Part shown: piece by piece, positions 19,300-31,329 of the stretch
How positions within the stretch are numbered: position 1 is the stretch's first letter
How the letters are laid out: every line of letters begins with the position of its first letter
Assembly (NCBI GenBank): GCA_013343275.1
Contig: CP046106.1
Coordinates: forward strand, 851,887 to 915,886
Origin: Candidatus Nanohaloarchaea archaeon
GTDB taxonomy: Archaea; Nanohalarchaeota; Nanosalinia; Nanosalinales; Nanosalinaceae
Direction: 5' to 3'
Length of the DNA: 64,000 nt
Translations under genes and position numbers: made by a program
The notes under the pieces: generated by a model
Seen by the model: the letters and a program-made list of their open reading frames with translations, nothing else
Told to the model about the DNA's origin: nothing
Databases searched by the model: none

Positions 19300-19614
19300 T
19301 TATGACTGATCTGCTGTGTCGTAGAAAGGAGACTCCTTCCAGAGTTCGTCAAATGCGTTGATCGCCGAGTTAGCTGCCAGATCTCCTCCAGAGGCCTCTA
19401 CATGTATATCCGTCATTCCGTTGCTGTCGGATAGATTATACCGTAAATCAGCCTCATCTTTCAAGGTCTCTACATGGAAGTCGTAGTTATCCAGTGGAGA
19501 ATCGTAAGCCTCTGCAACGTATTTTTTCAGGCCTTTCGAAAAATCTCCTTCAAACCAGGCCTCCAGTTCCTCAATACTATCTTCTGTCAAGAGATTCCTG
19601 ACCTCAGATCTCAT
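19300..19614 (-). CDS. hypothetical acidic protein
   Basis: 104-aa ORF with host-like composition. Confidence 0.65.
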   Translation of the reverse strand: MRSEVRNLLTEDSIEELEAWFEGDFSKGLKKYVAEAYDSPLDNYDFHVETLKDEADLRYNLSDSNGMTDIHVEASGGDLAANSAINAFDELWKESPFYDTADQS

Positions 19615-19658
19615 ATCTCCTTATTGCATGCAAAAAGTTATCAAGAAATCAGTTAATT

Positions 19659-19732
19659 TGGCCAAGCCCGGATTTGAACCGGGGACAACTTGATCTTCAG
19701 TCAAGCGCTCTCCCAGGCTGAGCTACTTGGCC
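19659..19732 (-). tRNA. tRNA-Phe(GAA)
   Basis: GGCCAAG...CTTGA-CTGAAGA-TCAAG...GGTTCAAATCC. Confidence 0.95.
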
Positions 19733-19786
19733 TATATCCGTCTACAAAAGTGATTGTTGGATAGATTTAAGAAGCAATTCCTGTAT

Positions 19787-19996
19787 TTACCATGGGTCGT
19801 GTTCGAAGCCTTTGTCTTCGGCTCTCTCAATCATTTCTTCTTCATCGGCCTCGCTGCAAGGTGCCATCTGCCAGTCCTCGAAGTCGTCGTTAATCTTCTT
19901 CATGGCCTCTGCTTCTTCCTTGCTCATGATTGAGACATTGGCTGTATCGTCGTCGTACAGTTCGATTATCCAGTAGTTGTTCTCTTCTTCTGTCAT
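19787..19996 (-). CDS. small acidic hypothetical protein
   Basis: 69-aa ORF, typical codon bias. Confidence 0.65.
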   Translation of the reverse strand: MTEEENNYWIIELYDDDTANVSIMSKEEAEAMKKINDDFEDWQMAPCSEADEEEMIERAEDKGFEHDPW

Positions 19997-20048
19997 GTAT
20001 TTTGCCTTCCGGATCTTATAGCTAAACTTGTCGCCTGAGCTTTAAATG

Positions 20049-21695
20049 TCACATCTCTTCCAGAGGCTCGATTCCAAGCAACTCGAGACCCTGATCTGTA
20101 ACATCTACAAATAGCTCTACCAGCTTCAACCGGTGCTCTTCACGGTCGGATCCGATAACATTGCATTCGTGGTAGAATCCGTTGAACTCTTCGCAGAGGT
20201 TAGATAGGTAGTTGGCGATTTTCGCTGGTTCACGCTGCTCTGTTGCGGCTTCAACTTTTTCCGGGAACTCCGAAAGCTTCTTCAGCAACCGGTACTCCTC
20301 GTCATCGAAATCCTGCTGGAACTCTCCACTGGAAGAGGCCTTTCGCAGAATGCTTTTCGCCCGAACGTTCGAGTACTGCAGGTAAGGCCCTGAGTCTCCT
20401 TTGAAGGAGAGGGCTGTGTCCCAGTTGAACTCCATGTCTTTCTTCCGGGATACTGAGAGATTGCTGTACTTTACAGCGCCGACACCGATGGCCTCGGCGT
20501 TCTCAAGGTTTCTGTTGATCTCTTCCTCTCCTTTCTCCTCTGCTATTTCCACGGCCTTGTCGAATATCTCTGACTGTTCGATTATCAGGCCTTTGCGTGT
20601 GGACATGCTGCCTTCAGGAAGGTTAAGCATTCCGTATGAGATATGCTCTGATCCTTCAGTGTCTATGCCCATATCCTCTGCTATTTTGAACAGCTGTTCG
20701 AAGTGAAGCTCCTGCTCTGAGGCCACTACGTACAGGTTGTAGTCGAATCCTTCCTCATTTCTCTTCTTGAGGTTGTACAGGTCTCTGGTTATGTAGAGTG
20801 TGGAGCCGTCTGCTTTGAGAAGCACGGTACCAGGAATATCTTCTTCGTCAAATTCGTAGAATACTGATCCGTCCTCATCTCTCTCCAGTTTACCTTCTTC
20901 AACCCATTTCTCTACAAGCTCTCGGGCCTCTTCGTATACCTTGGATTCTCCCGTTATTCTGTCGAACTTTATACCTAGTCGTTCGTACTCCTCTTTGTGA
21001 TATTCAAGGGTTGCTTCCCGGAACTTCTTCCACAGTCGTACGGCCTCATCGTCACCTTCTTCTATCTTTTTAGCCCATTCACGGGCTTCTTCCTCAACTT
21101 CAGGGTTTTCCCCCGCCAGTTCATGGAACTTGACGTAGATATCCAGCATGTACTCGATCGGTTCCTCCTCGAAGTTTTTCTCTGAATCAATGTTTTTGTG
21201 TCCATAGATCACTTTCCCAAACTGTGTTCCGAGATCGCCGATATAGTTCTCAGCTGTAACATCGTATCCAGAGAAAGAAAGAATCCTTCTTAGTGAGTCT
21301 CCGATAGCGTTGTTTCTCAAGTGGCCTACGTTCATAGGCTTTGCAATATTCGGTGAGGAGAACTCGAGTAGTACTTCTCCCGATTTCTGTTCGATACCGA
21401 AGTCCTCGGATTCCAGGTCTGAAAGTATCTGCTTTGAGTATTTCTCTCTGTCAAGGAAGAAGTTGATGTATCCGGGGCCGGCAACCTCTGCGTTCTCCAC
21501 TACTTCCAGATCGGTCTCCTCTGCGACTTTCTCAGCAAGCGCTCTCGGATTCTCACCCAGTTCGGAGGCCGCTTTCATGCATGGGTAAGCGAAATCTCCG
21601 TGTTCAGGTTCCGGTCTCTCAATGTCTTCAATATCTACAGTTGTTCCCAGTATTTCCGCTAACTCATCGGCTATCTGCTTCTTGACAGAGGTCAT
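20049..21695 (-). CDS. argS: arginine--tRNA ligase
   Basis: EFSSPNIAKPMNVGHLRN, MSTRKG, GDSGPYLQY. Confidence 0.97.
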   Translation of the reverse strand: MTSVKKQIADELAEILGTTVDIEDIERPEPEHGDFAYPCMKAASELGENPRALAEKVAEETDLEVVENAEVAGPGYINFFLDREKYSKQILSDLESEDFGIEQKSGEVLLEFSSPNIAKPMNVGHLRNNAIGDSLRRILSFSGYDVTAENYIGDLGTQFGKVIYGHKNIDSEKNFEEEPIEYMLDIYVKFHELAGENPEVEEEAREWAKKIEEGDDEAVRLWKKFREATLEYHKEEYERLGIKFDRITGESKVYEEARELVEKWVEEGKLERDEDGSVFYEFDEEDIPGTVLLKADGSTLYITRDLYNLKKRNEEGFDYNLYVVASEQELHFEQLFKIAEDMGIDTEGSEHISYGMLNLPEGSMSTRKGLIIEQSEIFDKAVEIAEEKGEEEINRNLENAEAIGVGAVKYSNLSVSRKKDMEFNWDTALSFKGDSGPYLQYSNVRAKSILRKASSSGEFQQDFDDEEYRLLKKLSEFPEKVEAATEQREPAKIANYLSNLCEEFNGFYHECNVIGSDREEHRLKLVELFVDVTDQGLELLGIEPLEEM

Positions 21696-21711
21696 ACCAC
21701 TGGTTTAGACT

Positions 21712-22497
21712 TCAAGATTCAAAAACTAACTCCGATAAAAGGGTATGAACAAGGGCCTGTGCAGAATCAATGGTCCGACCGTTAATATCAAGAGATGGAG
21801 CTACCTCGACAAGATCTGCATGAACAGGCCCGACTTTTTGAATTATATTTTCTACCTCCTCAAGGCCTAGTTCTCCGTCGGGATATCCTGTGCCCGGTGC
21901 AAACTCCTTTTTCAGTACATCGATATCGAGACTGAGGTAGACGTCTCCTTCAAGATCTAGCTCCATGAACTCATCTACCTGGTCAGGCCGGTAAATCCGG
22001 AAATCGTGCTCTTTCAGGAAGTCCTCTTCGTCATGATCGATCCGGGTGATTCCGACAAAGATTATCTCGTCCTCGCTGAAACCGTGATCCATCAGCTCGC
22101 GCACCACTACATCATGAGATACGTGGCCATCGACTTTCTCCTTTACATCCAGATGGGAGTCAAGCCACACAAGCTTCATGCCTGGATTTTCCTCTTTCAA
22201 GGCCTTGATAACAGGGAAACTTACAGAGTGATCTCCCCCTACGGATAGAACAGGCCTGTCTTTCCCGGCTAGTTCTCTGGTATTCTCATGTATTCTCTGG
22301 TGTGTATGCTCAAGATCGAACTCGTCAGGGAAGACTTCATCTATCAGAACATCCTCGTTGAACTCTAAGTCTTCAAGTATCTTATCGGGCGCGTCAAGTG
22401 TGCCTTTTCTCGGGTTTCTATGTATGCCCATGTCGCATGGAAGTTTCTGGATCAAGGCCTCTGCATCATCGATAGAGTTTACCTGGCTCATGGACAC
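21712..22497 (-). CDS. arginase/agmatinase family ureohydrolase
   Basis: GGDHS, DSHLD, DIDVL, PGTG, DLVEV. Confidence 0.9.
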   Translation of the reverse strand: MSMSQVNSIDDAEALIQKLPCDMGIHRNPRKGTLDAPDKILEDLEFNEDVLIDEVFPDEFDLEHTHQRIHENTRELAGKDRPVLSVGGDHSVSFPVIKALKEENPGMKLVWLDSHLDVKEKVDGHVSHDVVVRELMDHGFSEDEIIFVGITRIDHDEEDFLKEHDFRIYRPDQVDEFMELDLEGDVYLSLDIDVLKKEFAPGTGYPDGELGLEEVENIIQKVGPVHADLVEVAPSLDINGRTIDSAQALVHTLLSELVFES

Positions 22498-22573
22498 TTT
22501 TGGTTCACGAATAATTTAATTAGCTGTTCTGTCCGCCAGAAGAAATTTAAAAACCAGCAGCAAACTTGTTGCT

Positions 22574-22915
22574 ATGAAACAGTACTTACATATGGATGAT
22601 CTTGCTGGTGAGTTGGATGAACAGTATGATGACCTCTCTACTGAACAGGTTGAAACTGCTGTAGAAGTAATGGAGCAGAGGTACGGAGATGACCTGTTTG
22701 TCTCTCCTGAAGATGTTGAACTGGAAGAGGTCTACGACGGCGCAGTTGAGATCGATATAGAAGAAGTTGAAGATACTCCTATCTATGCAGATCCTAATGC
22801 TGAGGAAGGGGAAGGCCATCTATGTGTTACATGGGGCAACCTCGGAGACGATGGAAATCCTCCCGAAGGCCGTGCCAAGGATGGTTCAGGGGACGATATG
22901 TTCGGTATAAGATAA
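22574..22915 (+). CDS. hypothetical acidic protein
   Basis: 113-aa ORF with TATA about 30 nt upstream. Confidence 0.65.
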   Translation: MKQYLHMDDLAGELDEQYDDLSTEQVETAVEVMEQRYGDDLFVSPEDVELEEVYDGAVEIDIEEVEDTPIYADPNAEEGEGHLCVTWGNLGDDGNPPEGRAKDGSGDDMFGIR

Positions 22916-22985
22916 CACTCATATCTTACTACTCTTCTTTTCTAAGAAAAGATAAATTACAGTTAGATAATAATCAAGATAGATA

Positions 22986-23060
22986 CGGACCCACAGGGAT
23001 TTGAACCCTGGACCTACCGGTTAGAAGCCGGTTGCTCTGTCCAAGCTGAGCTATGGGCCC
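22986..23060 (-). tRNA. tRNA-Arg(TCT)
   Basis: ACCGG-CTTCTAA-CCGGT anticodon arm, canonical D and T arms. Confidence 0.95.
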
Positions 23061-23090
23061 TTCTTTTTCTCAAAAACTCTGGATAGAAAT

Positions 23091-23261
23091 TTAGATACCT
23101 ATTATTCCCATGTGCAGGCCTATTTCGAATACTGAAACCAGTAGTCCGAAAGCTATGATTGTCTTTGGATCCATTTCTACGCCTGCGTCGGCGTCAAAGT
23201 ACTGGACCAGTCCTCCCTGACTGGAAGGTAGTTGGCCTCCTTGCTGCTGGTTATTGGCCAT
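23091..23261 (-). CDS. secG: preprotein translocase subunit Sec61beta (56 aa), absent from ORF track
   Basis: LPSSQGGLVQYFDADAGVEMDPKTIIAFGLLV: GL+RY/QYF..+DP followed by TM helix. Confidence 0.85.
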   Translation of the reverse strand: MANNQQQGGQLPSSQGGLVQYFDADAGVEMDPKTIIAFGLLVSVFEIGLHMGIIGI

Positions 23262-23300
23262 AAAGGTTATTCACACTGAAAACTTCAAAAAGGTTGTCGC

Positions 23301-23724
23301 AAACTGGAGATGGGAGTAAGCCCGATTCTGTTTCTACGACTGTATTTCACTATACCACACCTCAAGAGAGATAGATGGGTTAAAACCATTAACTCTCCGA
23401 GGCCTGGATTGCACCATTTTAGGCTTGCTCCATGCGCCTGGATCTCGTTTCAGCGCTGCTTCCGTAAACGTCTGACTTGTGTCATCATCCTTTTTACACG
23501 GAAGCCGTGTCGTTTCTGCGATCCTCAGGCCTTCCTATCCCAAGATATTACTCTGGGTTATGGTTAGCCTTAACCCTCTCAGGTTACAGGTGTTAACACC
23601 TGCTGCAATTACCGAAAATCTGCTGCAGATTTTCTGGAAGCCCAGAAACTGCGTTGCAGTTTCGGTATTGGAGTCGGGACTTTCCTCCGAAGTACTCGGG
23701 GGACAGTCACTCCATCTCCAGTTT
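23301..23724 (-). ncRNA. rnpB: RNase P RNA
   Basis: GAGGAAAGTCC and ACAGAATCGGGCTTA conserved P4 motifs; terminal P1 stem AAACTGGAGATGG/CCATCTCCAGTTT. Confidence 0.92.
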
Positions 23725-23924
23725 ACTATAGTAGAAATGCATGCAGTAAATCTTTTATCTGTAGAACTGTAGTATGGTAGATTTCTTTGTAAATTGAAGG
23801 TTAAGATAAGAAAGAAAGTACTAGATTGAGGGGTAACTTTGATGGTTCGACCAATCGGGTTCTACCAGCAGTGGTACAAAGACTTGAGCAATAATGTTAG
23901 AGCTCAAGCTGGTACCGTCCACTG

Positions 23925-26860
23925 AATTGGAACCCACGATTAGTAGTGGTCGGCTGAAAGTCTCGTTGCCTTGACTCTTACACCGCCACTCTATTGACTC
24001 GTCTTGTGCGAGAGTGGAAGCGGTCTCTTTTTGAGGTGGCTTTCAAGCTTAGATGCTTTCAGCTTTTACACCTCGAGGCATAGCTACTCTGCAACACCCT
24101 CTCGGATGACAGATACACCAGAGGCCTCAGTTCGGGGTTCCTTTCGTACTGTCCGAACTTTCCTCTCAGACCACTAAACACTCCCAGCAGATAGCAACAG
24201 ATCTGGCTCACGCCGATCTAAACCCAGCTCACGATCCGTTTTAATGGGTGAACACCCCCACCCTTGGCTGCTGTTGCACAGCCAGGATACGGAGAGCCGA
24301 CATCGAAGTAACAAGCCTGAGGGTCGATGTGAGCTCGCGCCTCAGACAATCCAGTTATCCCTGGAGTACCTTTTCCGTCAGGCCTAAGCCTCACTACTTG
24401 GCTGTAGGCGTTCGCTAGACCACGCTTTCGCGCCTAGTTCTCGTGCTGTAGAGGAACCAGTCAGGCAGGCTTTTGCTCTTGTACTCTACACTCGATTTCT
24501 GACCGAGTTGAGCCTACCTTTGGACCCCTCTGATTCGTTATCAGAGGGATACCGCCCCAGTTAAACTGCCCAGCTAACGCTGTCCTTCCGTAGAAGTAAG
24601 CAGCGGGGTTCCAGGAGGGTAGTGTCCCATGATCGGCTGGGCGACGTGCTAGCGCACGCACCTCTGTAATGCCTCCTACCTACACTTCACACTTGGAACC
24701 CCACCGCAACGTTAGACTGCAGTAAAGGTTCACAGGGTCTTCGCTTCCCACTGGGAGTCACCGGCCTATGCGCCGGTACGGCGGGTTCACCGGGCCACGA
24801 TTTGGGACAGTAGAAGCCTCGTTACTCTATTGATGCGGGCCAACAATTAATTGGCAAGGGACTACGCTACCTTAAGACGGTCATAGTTACCGCCGCCGTT
24901 TACCAGCCCTTCGTCTCCTTGTACGGAGTGTTCAGGTACTGGCACTGGGCAAGAGTCGCCGACTATACAAATCCTTTCGGACTAGCAGTCGGCTATGTTT
25001 TTAGTAAACAGTCGAGCTTCTCTGGTAATTGCAACCTATCCTAGCGAGAGGATAGGCACCCCATATTGCGAACGTACGGGGCTAACTTGCCGAATTCCCT
25101 AAATCGCGTTATACCCGAGGGCCTTAGCTTACTCAGCCTGGATACCTGTGCTGGTTCTGGGTACGGACTCTTACATCTTTTTAAGAGTCCCAGGACTCGC
25201 GGAGATCCGGGATTATTCCCAGACCCATCACAGCTTCACATGGTCGATGCATTACGCTCGCATGCATTAACTGCTTGGACTGCGCGAAAACGCAGCCTCC
25301 GATATCCCAAGACGTCGATTAATGTAAGGAGGTTCAGGAATATTAACCTGATTCCCTATTCGCCAGTCTCGAATTACGGACTGGCTTAGGACCGACTAAC
25401 CCTCTGCTGATGAACATTGCAGAGGAACCCTTATCCTTTCGGCCGATAGGATTCGCACCTATCTTAATGCTGATACTGCCGGCAGAATCTTCATATCCAC
25501 ACGGTCCACACGAACTCACGTCCATGCTTCCGCCCATGCGGATCGCTTCTCTACCCACTGTTGAAAACAATGGTAAGGTCTCGGCTCCTGACTTGAGCCC
25601 CGTCCATTTACGGCGCCCCGGTCCTCAACGAGTGAGCTGTTACGCTATCTTTAAAGGGTAGCTGCTTCTAAGCTAACCTCCTCGCTGTCTGAGAACCGGG
25701 ACATCCTCGATGACACTTAGTCAGGAATTGAGGGGCCTTAACCTTACTCTGGGTTGTTTCCCTCTCGGACTGGTAGCTTACCCACCAGCCCTCACTCCCA
25801 GTATCTACGGCGTTGCACAGTTCAGAGTTTGACTTCGGGCCTGAGCGCGAGCTCAGGTACCCAAAATCAGTCGCTTTACCTGTACAACAACCTCCACTGA
25901 GGCTGGACTTCGATCCATTTCGAGAAGAACCAGCCATCACCGATCTCGATTGACATTTCACCCCTTGACCCAGCTCATCCGAGCGCTTGTAACACAGCAC
26001 CGGTGTGGGCCTCCACGGAGCTTTCGCGCCGCTTCACCCTAGCCAGGCCAGGATCGACCGGTTTCGGATCATTCCGCGGTGACTTCACGCGAGTTAACAC
26101 GCGGCCCCTGACAGTCCAAAAGGACTGCTGCGGGCTTCTTGCTTTCGCTGTGACTCCCCACCGAATCGGTGGTTAGCCTCGCCACGACGGAAAACTCTCT
26201 GCCCCGTTTTTCAAAACGGATGGTACAACACTGCTCCGGCTGATTCATACTACCTCCTCTCGGAAGGATTCTTTCACAGCCATCGACGCTTACATGCTGT
26301 ACCTAGCCTATTACTAGATAGTTTCAAGCTCTTTGAACCCCCTTTCTAGGGGTACTTTTCAGCTTTCCTTCACAGTACTTAGTACGCTATCGGACTCGAG
26401 AAGTATTTAGCGTTGGAAGAAAGTAGTGCCTCCCAAATTCGCACAGGATTTCCAACCCATGCTACTCTTGGCACGTCCCAGAACGTTTTGGCAATCGTCT
26501 ACGAGGCTATCACTCTCTATGGCCCTGCTTTCCAGCAGAGTTCGACTGAACCAATAGGTTCCTACGGACGGCCGAACCACATTGCCAGCATCCTCTCAGA
26601 TGCGGCTTCAGTTTGCGCTGTCCCCCTTTCGCTCGCCGCTAATAAGGGGATCTCCGTTGATTTTTTCTCCTGCGGCTACTGAGATGTTTCAGTTCACCGC
26701 GTTCCCGCTCCGTGTGGAGCAGGTCGCCGAAACGACCTATGAAGTCACATTAGGAAATCTTGGGCTCGATGACTGCATGCGTCTCGCCCAAGCTTATCGC
26801 AGCTTGCCACGTCCTTCTTCGGCTTCTCGAACCGAGCTATCCACTACCTAGCTTGGCAGC
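23925..26860 (-). rRNA. rrl: 23S rRNA (ends approximate)
   Basis: GATAGCTCGGTTCG...GAAGGACGTG 5' region, PTC and sarcin-ricin loop (AGTACGAAAGGAAC). Confidence 0.96.
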
Positions 26861-27217
26861 AATTCAGCTTCGGGTACCAGCTTGATTTACTCCATTGTGT
26901 AGCAGAGCTACACTTCCATAAATCAAGCCTAAAAATTTCTCGGTAAAACCCGGAAATTGGTCGAACCATACTTACGCCAAATCCAACAACCAAGATGGTT
27001 GTACACATGGCAATGTGTTCTTCGGCGTGCAGTACTATCGCCCACATTATGAATTCAGGCGACGTTTCTTGCTGAGGACATCCCCAGTAGAGACGCCCCT
27101 CAGATCTAATATGAAATAGTCATACACGACCACTCTAGGTCGTGAAAGACTGTTGGGCCTTAACAGTTTTAAACCCCCTCATTATACTAAACCTGTAACG
27201 AGGTAGGCTATCAACCT

Positions 27218-27260
27218 CTCAAGCCCGTAACCAGAAAACCATCTTTAAACTTTAAATAGG
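27218..27260 (-). promoter_or_regulatory. putative 23S rRNA promoter
   Basis: TATTTAAAG TATA and downstream ACGGGCTTGAGA shared with the 16S upstream region. Confidence 0.6.
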
Positions 27261-27393
27261 TAGTTCCGGCCTGATTTTCACCAACTTCACAGAGCTCTTC
27301 CATTTAAAAAAATAGCCACCTACACTTTGATGTAAGAGTTGCTTCAGCATCCCTGAACGCATCCACAGATGATCAAACTCTCTAATAGAGTTT

Positions 27394-27467
27394 GGGCCCT
27401 TAGTTCAGTCTGGCAGAACGTCCGCTTTGCAAGCGGAAGGCCCAGGGTTCAAATCCCTGAGGGTCCA
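27394..27467 (+). tRNA. tRNA-Ala(TGC)
   Basis: TCCGC-TTTGCAA-GCGGA; G3-U70 pair. Confidence 0.95.
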
Positions 27468-28453
27468 CTTAAAATTTCTCTGGAATCCAGTTCTTCAAGT
27501 TTATCAGTTACTGAGGCCTTATCCATCTTGTATATGCATAGTTCGTGTCCTTTTCCTGGCATTGATTTCTCGTAGTAGAACCAGATCTCCTCGTCGACTT
27601 CAACGGCCTTGACGTATCTCAGTGACTTAGTTCCTGAGGCAGAGCCTATAGCCTTTCTGCCCGGCATGAGGTCTTCTATCTCTCCTTCTTCGGCTTTACC
27701 TATTTTGGTCTTTTCCTCTCCTGTGAAGATTATGGATGGAAGCCAGTCGTAGAAGAAGTACTTCTGATCCCGTAATTCGAGTGTAGATGTTATACGGCCG
27801 GAAGAGCTTTCATCTGCAAACTCTATCTTCTCAACCTCTGGATCGGTGGAAGGGTTCTCTACACGGAAGTTACCGTGGTCCAGAAAGTTCTTGGAGGCCG
27901 TGTGAACTATGATATCGTCGCCATCAACCACCGGATCTTTAACATGGGTGAAACCGGTAGTAAGATCCATTTCCTCTCTATTATCTGCCTTAAGGCCTTC
28001 TACTGTATCTGATTTTGTCCTGTCGATCTTCCACTGGCCTGAACTCTTTTCGTGGTAGCTGATGTACAGAATGTATTCTCCATCTTTCTTCTGAAGTGCT
28101 CCGCCTTCCAAAGAGTGAGCTTCAAATTCTTCGGCTGTAAGCTCTTTGACTTCTTCGAGTTCTTCGCCGTCCTGTGTTTTTGCGATAACTGATTTCCAGC
28201 CTCTTCTGTAAGGATCCCGCAGACGGTAGTAAATGTATAGCTCATCTTTCTCCTCGTCGTAGAAAGGGGAGGGACCGCCAACCCAGTAACCCTCTCCGTC
28301 TACATCCGGAGTTAGTAATGATGTGTTTTCCAGAGGATCGAAAAGTGGAGATTCATTTTCATGTTCCTGGAGGAGTATGGAGTACAGCTTTCTTCCTGCT
28401 GAACGGGCCTTGGTCTCGATAAGGTTTCTTACTCCGTTCACATGGATCTTCAT
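27449..28453 (-). CDS. five-bladed beta-propeller glycoside hydrolase-like protein (GH43/GH130-like)
   Basis: WVGGPS, YIYYRLR, SLEG, HVKDP, SLRY, WFYYE repeats. Confidence 0.6.
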   Translation of the reverse strand: MKIHVNGVRNLIETKARSAGRKLYSILLQEHENESPLFDPLENTSLLTPDVDGEGYWVGGPSPFYDEEKDELYIYYRLRDPYRRGWKSVIAKTQDGEELEEVKELTAEEFEAHSLEGGALQKKDGEYILYISYHEKSSGQWKIDRTKSDTVEGLKADNREEMDLTTGFTHVKDPVVDGDDIIVHTASKNFLDHGNFRVENPSTDPEVEKIEFADESSSGRITSTLELRDQKYFFYDWLPSIIFTGEEKTKIGKAEEGEIEDLMPGRKAIGSASGTKSLRYVKAVEVDEEIWFYYEKSMPGKGHELCIYKMDKASVTDKLEELDSREILSGPSGI

Positions 28454-28478
28454 AGAACAAAGTTGGTGGGGATAGGCT

Positions 28479-28679
28479 TTACTGCTTTTCTTTCTTCCTG
28501 ATCTCCTGGAACAGTTCTAGGCCTTCCTCTGTATCGAACTCCTTGCCTGTTTCCGGGTCGGTGAACTTGTCTGTACTGTCTTCTGCGGAGGCCTCTATCT
28601 TCTCGATCATTTCCTCTACTTCTTCCCGGGTTTCCTCCAGCTCCTCTTCCAGCTCTTCCTCTTCGGTTTCCTCTTTCAC
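28479..28679 (-). CDS. small acidic protein with degenerate C2H2-like finger
   Basis: FTDPETGKEFDTEEGL. Confidence 0.6.
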   Translation of the reverse strand: MKEETEEEELEEELEETREEVEEMIEKIEASAEDSTDKFTDPETGKEFDTEEGLELFQEIRKKEKQ

Positions 28680-28758
28680 AGGTTTGAATTGTTACTGAGG
28701 GATTATTAGAATTTTTATACTGCCAGCAGCAAGTTTAAACTGTAAAGTGATACAAAAG

Positions 28759-29256
28759 ATGTCAGAATCAGAATTCGAATGCAGTGTATGCGGTGAAACT
28801 TTCGACAGTAAGAAAGGCCTTCACATCCATGAAGGTCAGAAGCACCCTGATAAACAGGTACAGGAGCTTCAGCATCTACTGGAGAAGATCGACGAGGAAG
28901 CCGATAAGGTTTCCGAAATAAAGGAAAAGAAGAAAGAGCTAAAGGAGCAGGTTCAGGACTTGAAGCAGGAGAAACGGCAGCTTCAAGGCACTATCTCCAA
29001 CCTTGAAGACACGAAAGAAGAACTACAGCAGAAACTTGAGAGTAAGAACAGTGAGATCGAAGATCTTCAGGAAGAACTTGAAGAAGAGCGTGAGAAGGAG
29101 GCAGAGCTTGAAGCCGAGACAGACTCCCAGCAGAGAAAGATTGAGAAACTGCAGGAGGAAAAAGAATCTCTGGAAGAGTCTCTTTCACAGACAGATAACC
29201 TGTTGACCAAGCTCAATCATCAGGTAGATCAGCTAGATGAAGACATAGAGGAATAA
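28759..29256 (+). CDS. C2H2 zinc finger plus coiled-coil protein
   Basis: FECSVCGETFDSKKGLHIHEGQKH followed by heptads. Confidence 0.8.
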   Translation: MSESEFECSVCGETFDSKKGLHIHEGQKHPDKQVQELQHLLEKIDEEADKVSEIKEKKKELKEQVQDLKQEKRQLQGTISNLEDTKEELQQKLESKNSEIEDLQEELEEEREKEAELEAETDSQQRKIEKLQEEKESLEESLSQTDNLLTKLNHQVDQLDEDIEE

Positions 29257-29429
29257 AGGCCTCTACCTTCATTTTTCTATTATATTTCTAATTCTATGCG
29301 TAATTGAATCGAAGCAATAATTGAGTTTGCTGGTAGAATAAGTTAGAAAGTGAAATTGTAGGGAGAGACGGATGAAATGATGAGACTATGTTTCCTGGAT
29401 TTTGTGTCCCAGGAAACTATGTTTGTTTT

Positions 29430-30903
<1,474 letters not shown>

Positions 30904-31243
30904 TGCTCCAAATCAATGGAGGGTTCTTGACGGGTATTTATATGAACGGAAAGTTCCAAACTTTCCAGCGCAACTCAAAACTGAGTTGCTATAAGAAGAC
31001 TCCTCTAAGAGGAAGTCTTCGTTGTCAAGTAATAACTGCACACAATCTAACTTGTGTGCGGCTACATGTTGAAGCGCAATCCAAAAGAATTGCACTTCGG
31101 GTCCGTCTCTCCTACATCACGTAAAAGTATTACGCTCATCAACGCCCTTCCGGGCTTTCCCCGAACAAGTCTCCTTGCCGGGTAACAATACAGTCCATAT
31201 TAACTCTTATAAATGGTCAGACTGTCTTCGGACTGAGACCAAG

Positions 31244-31287
31244 TCTCAAGCCCGTGTCCACAAAAACTACTCTAAACTTTAAATAGG
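31244..31287 (-). promoter_or_regulatory. putative 16S rRNA promoter
   Basis: Near copy of the 27218-27260 motif. Confidence 0.6.
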
Positions 31288-31329
31288 GTTCGATCCGGAG
31301 AAATTAAGCGTCTTGAAGTATAACATCAA

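Noticed and set aside
27328-27393. C/D sRNA in the tRNA-Ala leader
   Set aside because: Box C is imperfect (TGATGT), there is no second D box and no target was found
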